Shown here: piece by piece, positions 41,244-51,115 of the stretch | Position numbering within the stretch: the first letter of the stretch is position 1 | Layout of the letters: every line of letters begins with the position of its first letter | NCBI GenBank assembly: GCA_035529575.1 | Contig: DATKWM010000066.1 | Span: 1 to 63,403, forward strand | Source of the DNA: Desulfatiglandales bacterium | Lineage (GTDB): Bacteria > Desulfobacterota > DSM-4660 > Desulfatiglandales > B25-G16 | Length of the DNA: 63,403 nt | Direction of reading: 5' to 3' | Notes under the pieces: model-generated | Database searches by the model: none | What the model was told of the DNA's origin: nothing | Seen by the model: the letters and a program-made list of their open reading frames with translations, nothing else | Position numbers and translations under genes: made by a program

Positions 41244-41282
41244 GCGCCTGTAGCTCAGATGGATAGAGCAGCGGACTTCTAA
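41244..41282 (+). pseudogene. Displaced 5' half of tRNA-Arg(UCU), serving as attL of the integrative element
   Basis: The 39 nt GCGCCTGTAGCTCAGATGGATAGAGCAGCGGACTTCTAA match 62584-62622 except for one D-loop base (A versus C). Identity stops in the anticodon loop. Confidence 0.85.
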
Positions 41283-41308
41283 ACCTTAAAAGCTAAATTT
41301 AACAATCA

Positions 41309-41345
41309 GGGGAGAGCCTTATTGATAGGGCTTCTCCCCTTTTCT
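41309..41345 (+). terminator. Intrinsic terminator-like hairpin just inside attL
   Basis: GGGGAGAGCC (41309-41318) pairs with GGGCTTCTCCCC (41328-41339) as 7 bp, a one-base bulge and 3 bp, followed by TTTTCT. Confidence 0.5.
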
Positions 41346-41521
41346 ATTGAGGGTTTGCGCTTAATTTAAACTTTTGATAGAGTTTGATTAAATTAGCTTA
41401 ATTTTGATGCTGGCGGTTACAAAACGGTTACAATTAGATAAAGTGTTTTTTAGTTAGAGAACGGTAACATGACACAGTTAAACAAATGTAAGAAAAATCG
41501 GTTGATGTTTTGATTAGTGTA

Positions 41522-41629
41522 GAGACTGTCGAAAAAGTCCAAATATTGCTTTTTATTGAAATACATATCTAATAAAATCAACTACTTACAAGCCCCAAAT
41601 CTATGGCTTTAGGGTTTTTCGACAGTCTC
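41522..41629. repeat. 15-bp perfect inverted repeat pair separated by 78 nt
   Basis: GAGACTGTCGAAAAA (41522-41536) and TTTTTCGACAGTCTC (41615-41629). Confidence 0.7.
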
Positions 41630-42012
41630 GTATGTAAGCTATACTTTATAGATATTTCAGATTATGGCACGTAGTATGAAATTTCCGACTGTGTAGACCT
41701 ATCGCAATATATTGTTTTTTTAATAATAATGAGGGTGGTCACTCGAACTCTCTCTACCCAGGCCCAACGATCCACCAGTGCATGTCCCCTCTACCAAGGG
41801 AGTAATTCTCCAGGATCTCTCGTGCATGTCAATGCCGATATTACCATTTTCCCTTTACAATTAATCTTATTTTCCTTTATTTTTGTTTAATGGAAAGTTC
41901 TTTCTTTGTTAAAGATTTTTCTCAGTGGGCTTAATAGCCCAAGAGGAACTTCCTTACAAATTAAAATCTATCATAGTCTCTAACAATTGTTGAGATAAAG
42001 AATTGTACTCTT

Positions 42013-42267
42013 GTGATCGATTGCGTGGCCTGTTTTCCCGATGCAGTGACATCACGGGGGCTCAAACATCTGGTGGAGCTTCAACAACAGGTGCGTTTGG
42101 GCGATCGGTCTGTGATGCTTTTCCTGGTCCAACGCATGGATGTAAAGGTGTTCAAGCCCGCGGATCATATTGATCCTGCCTATGGCAAAGAACTCAGAAA
42201 GGCGGTCAGAAAAGGCGTAGAGATCATGATTAACGATGTTTTTTGGATCTCAAAGGGATCAGGGTGA
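42013..42267 (+). pseudogene. sfsA: C-terminal fragment of an sfsA-like (sugar fermentation stimulation protein) gene
   Basis: The 84-aa ORF aligns by eye with the last third of SfsA (PDAVTSRG.KHL.EL...HIDP.Y...LR.A...GVEI). The N-terminal two thirds are missing. The region is locally more GC-rich. Confidence 0.65.
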
Positions 42268-42379
42268 ATCGGCGACTGTTTTATGTGGTTTGACAGGAAC
42301 AGGAGAGTTTTTGATTTTACGGAATGAAATGGGTTACAATATTCTTTGATTTGAAAGTTAACGACAGGTATTTTGAAAG

Positions 42380-43366
42380 ATGGTTAGTGCAATTTTATTG
42401 GCAGGTTATAACAATAAGCGTGAAGTTAAGAAGTACAGCCGAACTGTGGCGAAATACTACGGTGAGAAATTTATAGAGGCCGGTTACAAGCCTTTAAGAG
42501 AATTTAAGACCGTTAAAAATGGCAGGGAAGAAAGCAAGCCCATGATGCAATATACACTTGAAAGGCTTTTTGAGAACGAATTCATTGATGAAATTGTTAT
42601 CGTCGGCCATCGAATGCTGCTTGAGCAACGACTGGGCAGTTTTATTAAGCAATTCGAAAAGCCCTGTTGCATTGTAAACCAGAACTTAAAAATACCTGAT
42701 GATGTCATCCGCCTTTTCAACATCACCCCCAAAAAAGTTAAATACAACTCCATCTCGGGGAACTTCATCAAAGGGTATGCGGCCAGCAATGCTTGCAAAG
42801 AAAAAAAACACGCATTATTTATGGCCTCGGATTCACCGTTGACGACGAATGAATTTATTAATCGTTTCATTAAGTTTGTAAAACAATATCAGGATAAGTT
42901 CGCTATCATTGTCCCTGCAATTCTTATTGATGAAAAAAAAGATAGGCTTGGCAGATCACCCATTCGCCTTCAGAACGACTCAAAATTTCAGCTCACCGGC
43001 AAAAAAGACAAATACGGCCGGCAGGGTTTCAGGCTTTCCGCCTTGATATCTGCAAATCCGCACCGTTTTGATGTGAATACGGCCAACACGGCCTATAGCC
43101 TTCGCAAATGGATGAGTCCGAATGTTCAACTAAAAGTATTCCGGATTACACGCAGCCTGGGATACTCGAATATGTTTTCCAAATATTTTTTGAGGAAGGA
43201 TCTGAGCGTAAATGAAGTGGCGAACATTGTTTCCGAATTTTTCAACGGCAGGCTTGAAATAATTCCTATGACGGGTGAAGAGGCAACGTATGACTATGAT
43301 GGTACCGACCGGGAGTACCGCATGATAACTAAGATGCTTAAATCCGATCAGAAGGATATGGTTTAG
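42380..43366 (+). CDS. GT-A fold nucleotidyltransferase-like protein (MobA/CofC-like N-terminus)
   Basis: 328 aa. The N-terminal AILLAGY...KPL and the later FMASDSPL segments resemble MobA-like NTP transferases. The C-terminal half is unrecognised. Confidence 0.45.
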   Translation: MVSAILLAGYNNKREVKKYSRTVAKYYGEKFIEAGYKPLREFKTVKNGREESKPMMQYTLERLFENEFIDEIVIVGHRMLLEQRLGSFIKQFEKPCCIVNQNLKIPDDVIRLFNITPKKVKYNSISGNFIKGYAASNACKEKKHALFMASDSPLTTNEFINRFIKFVKQYQDKFAIIVPAILIDEKKDRLGRSPIRLQNDSKFQLTGKKDKYGRQGFRLSALISANPHRFDVNTANTAYSLRKWMSPNVQLKVFRITRSLGYSNMFSKYFLRKDLSVNEVANIVSEFFNGRLEIIPMTGEEATYDYDGTDREYRMITKMLKSDQKDMV

Positions 43367-43462
43367 GCATAGTCTTTTAATAGGAAAAACTTTACTTTCA
43401 TATTAAAAGTATTATTATAAAACAGTTTTTATGAATATCACTAGATAACGGGTGAAAATTAT

Positions 43463-44257
43463 ATGCGATTTCTTTTGTACAACATACGTTACGCAACAGG
43501 GATTGGGAGGCATTTCCACCTTCCGGTGCCATACAGCGGCTATTTGAAACACACCAACGGGAATTTGAAAAAGATATTGAATTTCATAAAATTGGTGAGT
43601 CCGGATATTACCGGATTAATCGAGGTTGACGGCGGGTCTTTTCGCTCCGAAAAAAACAACCAGGCTGAAACCGTAGCCTGGGAATTGCAACACGATCACA
43701 TCTACCAGTCACAATATTCCGCCTCTTCTATGGCCCGGAAAGTGCCGCTACTGAATAAACAGGGAAATGCTATTTTAACCAACCAGGAGATTGTATCCCA
43801 AAAGTTTCATTATTTTCGCGAGGGTGTCAAGCGTCTCGTGATTGAGATGGAACTGGCGGATTTATCGGTTTTTCTGGTACATCTGTCTCTTAAATTCCGC
43901 CATCGTCAGTACCAGCTCCAGGACCTTTATACCATGACAAATAACGTAAAAAAGCCGGTCATTGTGGCCGGGGATTTTAATGCTTTTAAGGGCGATCGGG
44001 AACTGGAATTATTTTTGGCTGCTACAGGGTTAAAAAATGCCAACGGTAACGGACAACCTTCCCATCCCAGCCGGGCCCCGCGCCGCCAACTCGATTACAT
44101 CTTCCACAGTCCGCAAATACAAATCACCGATTTTCAGATCCCTCAGATCAAATTATCCGATCATACACCCCTGGTTTGCGAATTTGAAATCGTCTCGAAA
44201 AAAAGCCCTGAACCGGAGCCCGCTGACTGGCGGGAGAACCAAACAAGGTTTAACTGA
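43463..44257 (+). CDS. Endonuclease/exonuclease/phosphatase (EEP) family protein
   Basis: 264 aa with an N-terminal YNIRY, a central GDFN and a C-terminal LSDHTPL, matching the EEP catalytic motifs. Confidence 0.8.
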   Translation: MRFLLYNIRYATGIGRHFHLPVPYSGYLKHTNGNLKKILNFIKLVSPDITGLIEVDGGSFRSEKNNQAETVAWELQHDHIYQSQYSASSMARKVPLLNKQGNAILTNQEIVSQKFHYFREGVKRLVIEMELADLSVFLVHLSLKFRHRQYQLQDLYTMTNNVKKPVIVAGDFNAFKGDRELELFLAATGLKNANGNGQPSHPSRAPRRQLDYIFHSPQIQITDFQIPQIKLSDHTPLVCEFEIVSKKSPEPEPADWRENQTRFN

Positions 44258-45457
44258 GATCTGCAGTGTAATGATTCCTATGTTGCCTTGAAAGATCTTC
44301 TATGCGTGTCGATTTCTCTCTGCCAAAGCACCTTATGCTCTGTTCGTGCAAGGGCAAAGATTATCGAGTCCTAACTGAAATATAGTATCCTTCCACCTCA
44401 CTGGATTTATCGATTAGTGGAAGAACTAATCATCTATGACCTACCTCATTGGTGCTCATTTGAAGGCATCTTTCCCCTATCACTTTGGAATTGAGAAGGA
44501 GAGTAATGTCAGGACCCTACTAGATGTTGTGTTGCCACTCTCTCGCTTTGAATTAAAGTATTCTGCTATGATTGCGAACTTTACAAAACCCAAAAAACTT
44601 ATGACTACTAAACGAAACCTTGAATAGAATCTAATTTGGCTGTACGATCGATTATGTCACGCTAACCTGAATTTTCCACCAAAGCCAAATTATGCATAAT
44701 CATGTTAAAATGTTATACTTTTCAGATGCCTGATATGTGCAGAGTGCAACCCCGAACAAAACTTGGATATTTTTTCGATAACACAACATTATGAAAATTG
44801 AAGGTACTGGCAAGATAACGCAGGTTCAGAAGGCATTATTTCTGTAGCATATTATTCTCTTATCGCAGGGTTAGGTTGGGCTGTGATCTCTAATAGGTAT
44901 CCAAAGGTCAACGGTGCCAAAAGCCAGAACTATGACAGCTATATCAATCCCGACATTACAGTTTTCCTCCTTTAGCCTTGCTCTCTTTATCTTGGCCCCC
45001 TACTTAACAAGCATGACCTATCTTTTTTCAATTTACTTTTTTAACAGCGCCTCTTTTCATGAGGCTTATCATTGTTAATTGACTGTTGTAATTCTTCTCT
45101 TTTTTTGATAAAAATACCCAATCTATTAAAAACAACACAAACCATACTAATTTAGTATTAAATTGCTATTTCCTTAACAAAATTGATGTCCGTTTCTCCT
45201 GTTTTCATTTTCAACCATTCGAATCAGTACTCTGCCATCTGGCGTTTCTATAGTGTTTATTAATAATTGTTCATTGCCCGTTGTTCATTATAAAATTTAG
45301 TCAACGAAATCAAAAACTTCTCTAATATTTCTAATTAATAATGGTATAGCAAATTAATTCAACAAAAGCCAGAACGTCCCCAAAGCCACTTTTTGTTTTT
45401 ATTTAGCTGGGTTCAAAGGCATCATCTAAGCTCATACAAATCATTGGAGGACAAAAT

Positions 45458-46864
45458 ATGCGTATTAATGATCAAATTACTCGAACAGCTCTAAGAGAAA
45501 TAATTGAAGATTTTGCTGGTGAAATAAATAATAAAAAAGATTTAGGGCCTAAACCTTCAAAAGCAGTAATAAATTATAGGAGAGAGCATATTGATGGAAA
45601 AGAAAGAGATGTCTATCAAGTTCCAATTGAATGTTTAAGGTTCAGAAAAGACAATGGGCGAATTACATCCGACATTAAAAGTTACGAAAAGTTACAAGAA
45701 CCGTTGTTAGAGAGGAGTGATAATGCGCAATCAGTCATTAGAAAATTATTAAAAGACAAGGATCCTGAGTTAACTAAAATCTTAAAAAATTCTATTCTAC
45801 ATTCTGGTCAACGTGACCCAGCGATTATAACATGTGATGGTTTTTTAATTAATGGTAATAGAAGAAAACTTGTATTGGAAGAACTATCTAAGCAAAAGAA
45901 AGAGTTCCAATTTATGAAGGTGGTTATTTTACCTGGGAAGAATGATCCTGGAGGTCCTCCTACATTACTTGAAATTGAACAAATAGAAAATAGATATCAG
46001 CTACAAAGTGAAGGTAAGGCAGAATATTATAAATTTGATCGAGCTTTATCAATTAGAAGAAAAATAGAACGAGGGATGAGCTTGGAGGAACAACTGCGAG
46101 ATGATCCCAACTATATAAATTTACCAACAAATGAATTTAGAAAAAAATTGAAAGAATATGAGGAAGAATATTTAAAACCATTAGATTGCATTGATAGATA
46201 TTTGGAATATTTAGGAAGGGATGGTCTTTACAATAGTATTTCTAAGGGTATTTCGGATAGAGAGGGGAGATGGCAGGCTTTCCTTGATTATTATAAATAT
46301 GTCTATACAAAATTGGAAGATGATAGAAAAAGAATGAATCTTGGGATTGAGGAGGATGAAAGTGGTGATGTCGAAGAAATAGCCTTTAAAATCATAAGGC
46401 AAAGAGATTTTCCAAATCTGCCAAAGGTTCATAAAATCATGAGGGATTTACCGAAATGGATTGGGGATAAGGATGCTAAAAAGGAATTATTTAAGCTCTT
46501 AGATATCGATTTAAAATTGTCCCCAGAAGAATGTTTTGATGATGAAGGTAATGAAATAGATGAGAGGAGAAAGGACTTAATATGGAACACTAAGCATCGT
46601 TCAACCTTGATCAATCAAGTAAAAAAAGCAAGGAGACTTTATGAGCGTGATAAAGAGAAGGAAACACCTATAACATTGTTAGAAGATGCTTTAAAGAAAC
46701 TCGAACATGAAAATATGCAACCTGACAGAATCAATATTACCGATCAACCTAGGGCGATGAAGTTGGCAAAGCAAATAAAAGAGGTGGCAAATCAATTAGA
46801 ATCAGAATTTTTTAGATGCATGAAGAACGTTAAAACGCTAAAGGATAAATATTCCAAGAAATAA
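45458..46864 (+). CDS. ParB/sulfiredoxin-fold N-terminal domain protein with a long helical C-terminal region
   Basis: 468 aa with a GGAGG RBS. VPIECLRFRKDNGR (aa 55-68) and GQRDPAIITCDGFLINGNRR (aa 117-136) fit ParB N-domain boxes, including the GxRR arginine patch. The remainder is Lys/Glu-rich and helical. Confidence 0.7.
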   Translation: MRINDQITRTALREIIEDFAGEINNKKDLGPKPSKAVINYRREHIDGKERDVYQVPIECLRFRKDNGRITSDIKSYEKLQEPLLERSDNAQSVIRKLLKDKDPELTKILKNSILHSGQRDPAIITCDGFLINGNRRKLVLEELSKQKKEFQFMKVVILPGKNDPGGPPTLLEIEQIENRYQLQSEGKAEYYKFDRALSIRRKIERGMSLEEQLRDDPNYINLPTNEFRKKLKEYEEEYLKPLDCIDRYLEYLGRDGLYNSISKGISDREGRWQAFLDYYKYVYTKLEDDRKRMNLGIEEDESGDVEEIAFKIIRQRDFPNLPKVHKIMRDLPKWIGDKDAKKELFKLLDIDLKLSPEECFDDEGNEIDERRKDLIWNTKHRSTLINQVKKARRLYERDKEKETPITLLEDALKKLEHENMQPDRINITDQPRAMKLAKQIKEVANQLESEFFRCMKNVKTLKDKYSKK

Positions 46865-46878
46865 TTAACAACTCTGTA

Positions 46879-48807
46879 GTGACTTATGTGGAATTAACCC
46901 CTTGGAGATTAAAGACAGAAATGATTGTGGATATTACAGAAGATAAGTTGTCTATCAAACAAAGTAAACATGCTCTTAAGCTAAGGCATATAAGTCAATT
47001 AGGTCACTGGGGGTTCTCAAGGAGTCCGGATGAGGACTATTTATTGCTTAATGATAATATTGAGTTTCTTCTGCCCAAAGTCCTTAGATATTTTAACAAA
47101 TCAAAAATTGAATATACGTTATCTCCTTCTTGTCAGAATCTAATAAAAGAAATTCAAGTCAAAGCAGATATATTAAAAAAAATATTAGAAGCAGGAAAGA
47201 ATTTTAAGGATGGGATTTATGATAAAGAGAGCTTTGATGAGCATGTACAATTTCTTAGTAATAATATCATAAGAAACCTTAAAGACCATCAGATAAAAGC
47301 ATCCTTCCATCTTTATTTAATTGGTAACGGTGCAAATTTTTCGGTTCCGGGTAGCGGAAAAACCACTGTCGTTTTAAGTGTATATGAAAAACTACGACTG
47401 CAGGAAAAAGTTAATACGTTATTTGTAGTTGGGCCTCCTGCTTGTTTCGGGCCGTGGAAAGCAGAATTTAAATCTGTTTTAGGTCGTGATCCAAATTATA
47501 GTATTTTAGCAGGTGGTAATCGAATAGTCCGAAAATCTGAATATTATAGACGTGATAATATTTATGATCTATATCTGACCACGTTTCAGACATTATTAAA
47601 TGATTTAGATGAGGTATGCATTTTTTTAAGTAACAAAAATGTTAATGCCTATTTTATTATTGATGAAGCACATTATATTAAACAGATTGACGGAAATTGG
47701 GCAAACGCCGTTCTTAAAGCAGCAGTATATTCAGAGTACAGATGTGTATTAACAGGTACTCCTATTCCAAAAAGTTATTCAGATCTATATAATCTATTCG
47801 ATTTCTTAGTGCCAGATAATCCACCTATAGGGCCAGCACATAAGATAAAGTTGCAACTCTTAGAAGAAGAAAAAGATTATGAGCATGCAAACGCTCTATT
47901 GGAGTCAAATATTGGTCCTCTTTTTTATAGGGTTAGGAAATCGGAATTAGGTTTGCAACCACAAGTTTTTCACGAGCCCGAAATTATTCGTATGAACCCA
48001 TATGAGAGGAAAATATATGATGCTATCATTCAAAAAATTAGCACTTATGCAAAAGATGACTTTTTAAAAAATATAGAGTTAGTTGTTAAATTAAGACGTG
48101 GCAGGATGATAAGATTAAGACAATGTCTATCATATACAAAGTTGTTAGATACAGCAATCGATGATTATGATGAGGATGTCCTAATAGAGGAGAATGATTT
48201 AAAATATTCAATAATAAATTATGATGAATTAGAAGCGCCAGCCAAATTAAACTATTTGATTGATATGGTGAAAAAATTTCAGAGAATAGAAGAAAAAATT
48301 GTTATATGGGCACATTTTATTGGAGCCATAAAGCTAATTGAGAGAAAATTAAAAGAGGAAGGATTTTATTGTAAAAAAATCATTGGAGAAACACCAGTAG
48401 AGAAAACATTAATAAGCGAGGAAGAGACAAGGGAAAAGATTATCAATGAATTTGTGAATAGTAAGAGCGGACTTGATATTTTATTGGCTAATCCTGCAGC
48501 CTGTTCTGAATCAATCTCGTTACATAAAACCTGTCATAACGCAGTTTATTACGACTTATCCTATAATTGTGCACAATATTTACAGTCCCTTGATAGGATT
48601 CATAGGGTAGGCGGATCAGAAGAATATCCAGCACATTATTATTTCCTTCACTATGCAGATACTATAGATCCGGATATCTTGTTAAATTTGAAAACGAAAG
48701 CTAGGAAAATGTATCAAGTCATAGAAGGCGACTATAATATTTATTCATTGGATATGTTTGAAGATAGTGATGAATTGGCTGCATATGAAAGAATATTCTA
48801 TGAGTAA
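46879..48807 (+). CDS. SNF2-family (SF2) helicase/translocase with an uncharacterised ~130-aa N-terminal domain
   Basis: Contains LKDHQ (Q-like), PGSGKT (motif I), DEAH (aa 262-265), LTGTP (III) and QSLDRIHRVGG (VI). The start is uncertain: either the GTG at 46879 or the ATG at 46921, which has GGAG upstream. Confidence 0.85.
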   Translation: MTYVELTPWRLKTEMIVDITEDKLSIKQSKHALKLRHISQLGHWGFSRSPDEDYLLLNDNIEFLLPKVLRYFNKSKIEYTLSPSCQNLIKEIQVKADILKKILEAGKNFKDGIYDKESFDEHVQFLSNNIIRNLKDHQIKASFHLYLIGNGANFSVPGSGKTTVVLSVYEKLRLQEKVNTLFVVGPPACFGPWKAEFKSVLGRDPNYSILAGGNRIVRKSEYYRRDNIYDLYLTTFQTLLNDLDEVCIFLSNKNVNAYFIIDEAHYIKQIDGNWANAVLKAAVYSEYRCVLTGTPIPKSYSDLYNLFDFLVPDNPPIGPAHKIKLQLLEEEKDYEHANALLESNIGPLFYRVRKSELGLQPQVFHEPEIIRMNPYERKIYDAIIQKISTYAKDDFLKNIELVVKLRRGRMIRLRQCLSYTKLLDTAIDDYDEDVLIEENDLKYSIINYDELEAPAKLNYLIDMVKKFQRIEEKIVIWAHFIGAIKLIERKLKEEGFYCKKIIGETPVEKTLISEEETREKIINEFVNSKSGLDILLANPAACSESISLHKTCHNAVYYDLSYNCAQYLQSLDRIHRVGGSEEYPAHYYFLHYADTIDPDILLNLKTKARKMYQVIEGDYNIYSLDMFEDSDELAAYERIFYE

Positions 48808-49769
48808 TGGATTCTTCATTTGAACATATTACATTTAAAAAAATTCAGATCTTATTAGAAATCATTTTTTCTTCTTCAGACCAAGATTATGAATTCATAA
48901 AACAAAAATTTCAATTAAGCGTAGATAAATTTGAAGCAGTAATGGAATTCTTAAATGCTTTAAGGTTGGTAAAAGTGAAAAGTGGAATTATAATATTATC
49001 AAATGATTTAAATAATATTTTTAGAAAGAATATTTTAAAAGATGATCTGATTAAGAGTTATTTATTAGAGAAAATTATGATTTCTTCTCATTCTTTTTCA
49101 CAAGAAGTCGCCGAATATTTAAGCAAGTTTAAAGTAAATGGCGATTCTTATGAGTACAAGCCTGCAACAAAGCAACGACTCAAAGAAAGCGGTATTCGAA
49201 ATTTATTTATTGAGCTGGATTTAGTCAATTATGATAAGATAAACGAAATTTATCGAATAGATGAAAAATACTTTTATATCTTTAGTGATTATGCTCTAGA
49301 AAGTAGCCTTACCCCCGAGGGGCTTTCTTGTTTACTTGCAAAGCGCGAAGAACTGGGAATGGTCGCTGAGTTAGTGATAGTTGAATATGAGCGAAAAAGG
49401 CTTGAAGGTTTTTCGGAATTACAAGATCAAATAGAACATACGGCTTCCTTAGATGTAAAAGCAGGTTATGATATAAAAAGTTTTGAAATTGAACCTTATA
49501 GTGAAGTAAAAATAATTCCCAGATATATTGAAGTCAAGGCTGTATCTAATTTTAATTTCAAATTTAGTTGGTCTAGAAATGAAATAGAAAGATCGAAATT
49601 ATTAGGGGAACAATATTATCTATATCTCTTGCCTGTTATTAGTGATAGACGGTTTGACTTAAAAAATATGAAAATAATCTCAAACCCTTACGAAAAAATA
49701 TTTAATAATTACGTAGACTGGAATAAACAAGAAGAGCAATATACAATTTGGCAGAGGATCCAAAATTGA
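48807..49769 (+). CDS. DUF3883-like (NO VEIN C-terminal type) PD-(D/E)xK-fold protein with an unknown N-terminal domain
   Basis: The ATG overlaps the TAA of the helicase gene (TAATG). The C-terminal half contains ELVIVEYERKRL, GYDIKS (D222), IEVKAV (E242-x-K244) and a following FSWSRNEIERS...YYLYLL segment, matching the DUF3883 pattern as I remember it. Confidence 0.6.
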   Translation: MDSSFEHITFKKIQILLEIIFSSSDQDYEFIKQKFQLSVDKFEAVMEFLNALRLVKVKSGIIILSNDLNNIFRKNILKDDLIKSYLLEKIMISSHSFSQEVAEYLSKFKVNGDSYEYKPATKQRLKESGIRNLFIELDLVNYDKINEIYRIDEKYFYIFSDYALESSLTPEGLSCLLAKREELGMVAELVIVEYERKRLEGFSELQDQIEHTASLDVKAGYDIKSFEIEPYSEVKIIPRYIEVKAVSNFNFKFSWSRNEIERSKLLGEQYYLYLLPVISDRRFDLKNMKIISNPYEKIFNNYVDWNKQEEQYTIWQRIQN

Positions 49770-49926
49770 AATAAGCAATATTTCCATAAAAAGGAAAGTT
49801 TAATGTAAATTAGTTTAAAATATACATTCAATATTTATTACTTCTTAATTCTTATTAACATCATTATTATTGTATTATCTGGAACTCCAACGGGGACAAT
49901 AAATTTTTATAAAAGATAAATATAAA

Positions 49927-50856
49927 ATGTCATCTCTTCAGGATTCAAAATCACAAGTAGGTAAAATTAAGCCACCATTCGGATATTATGGGGCCAAACA
50001 GAGGATCGCACGAAGAATTATTAATTCTCTCCCACCACATAATGCTTGGGTGGAAGCGTTCTGTGGTTCCGCAGCTATTACATTGGCAAAACCAATAGTG
50101 CCAATTGAAGTAATAAATGACATGGATAATCAGATTGTCAATTTATTTGTACAATTGAGAAATAACCCTACAGAACTCTGTAAAGCAATAAAATTAACCC
50201 CATACGCTCGTGCTGAGTTCCAACAAGCTCGTGTAAAAAGTGAAACGGTGATTGAACCCTTAGAAAAAGCACGTAGATTTCTTGTAGCAACAATGATGAC
50301 GGTAAATGGAACATATGGAGGAACTAATTCTGGTTTTTCATTCTCCCAGTCGTATGCACGTGAGAATAAGGAAGCAAGGGTAAACCGATGGTATAATCTA
50401 CCTAAACGCCTTGAAGATGTTGTAGATCGCCTTAGAAAAGTAAGAGTCGAAAATCGCGATGCTAGAGAGCTTATGGAAATGTTCATTGATAGACCAGCGA
50501 CTCTAGTCTATCTTGATCCACCATATTTTGTAAAACGTGGCCATAAATATTTTATCGATGCAAGTGATCAGGACTTCCACACAGATTTGCTGTCAATATG
50601 TAAAAAAGCGAAGTGTATGATTTTAATAAGTGGTTACGACAACGACCTCTATAATGGCCTATTAGACCCTAACGATGGATGGACTAAAGTTACAATCGCA
50701 ACTCAAACTCGGGATACAACAGGGAAAGATTTTGCACGTAGTGAAGTATTGTGGAAGAATAAATATTTTACAAGAGCAAAGGAGACTGGCAAAGTCCCGA
50801 TACGCTTATCAGCAAAAGAAAAGAAAAATAATAAAATAAACCCTCCCAGGAAATAG
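49927..50856 (+). CDS. Dam-class (D12, alpha-type) N6-adenine DNA methyltransferase
   Basis: 309 aa. FGYYGAKQRIA and EAFCGSAAI (FxGxG-type SAM motif) come first, followed by VYLDPPY (motif IV), which is the alpha-class order. Has a Lys-rich tail. Confidence 0.85.
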   Translation: MSSLQDSKSQVGKIKPPFGYYGAKQRIARRIINSLPPHNAWVEAFCGSAAITLAKPIVPIEVINDMDNQIVNLFVQLRNNPTELCKAIKLTPYARAEFQQARVKSETVIEPLEKARRFLVATMMTVNGTYGGTNSGFSFSQSYARENKEARVNRWYNLPKRLEDVVDRLRKVRVENRDARELMEMFIDRPATLVYLDPPYFVKRGHKYFIDASDQDFHTDLLSICKKAKCMILISGYDNDLYNGLLDPNDGWTKVTIATQTRDTTGKDFARSEVLWKNKYFTRAKETGKVPIRLSAKEKKNNKINPPRK

Positions 50857-50935
50857 TAAAGAGGACCATTAAAAGGCCCTGTCAAAGAAAAACACCGCTC
50901 CATAGCAAATAATCTTGCTTTTTTGTCAAAATTAA

Positions 50936-51115
50936 CCTTGTTCCGAGCACAGACCTTACTTGATTGGGAAGTATGTTTGGGTTATCGATGTGGGCAGGAC
51001 TCCTGATCCTGTTTATTTAAAAGGCGCCAAAGGAAAGGAGTTCTTCATTAGTGTAGGGAACATAAGCAGGGCCTTAAATCCTGAGGAGACAGTTGGTTAT
51101 GTGAGCATGCGTTAG
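50936..51115 (+). pseudogene. Possible C-terminal remnant of an AlbA_2/Schlafen-type DNA-binding domain gene
   Basis: A stop-bounded frame reads ...VWVIDVGRTPDPVYLKGAKGKEFFISVGNISRALNPEETVGYVSMR*. This resembles the end of the AlbA_2 (divergent AAA_4) domain. There is no start codon or N-terminal part. Confidence 0.3.

Noticed and set aside
41735-41850. GC-rich patch considered as a tRNA-like sequence or the missing N-terminal part of sfsA
   Set aside because: No cloverleaf can be drawn, because the apparent TTCGAGT T-loop has no complementary stem. None of the six frames gave SfsA-like sequence by eye.
45458-50856. Assignment of the operon to DISARM, BREX, Dpd, Dnd/Ssp or classical Type I/III R-M
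   Set aside because: The core genes I associate with each system are absent, namely DrmA/DrmB, PglZ/BrxC, the TGT-like DpdA, DndACDE/SspABCD, HsdS, and a Mod-type beta-class methyltransferase with a fused Res. This rejection rests on memory of gene content and needs confirmation by a profile search.
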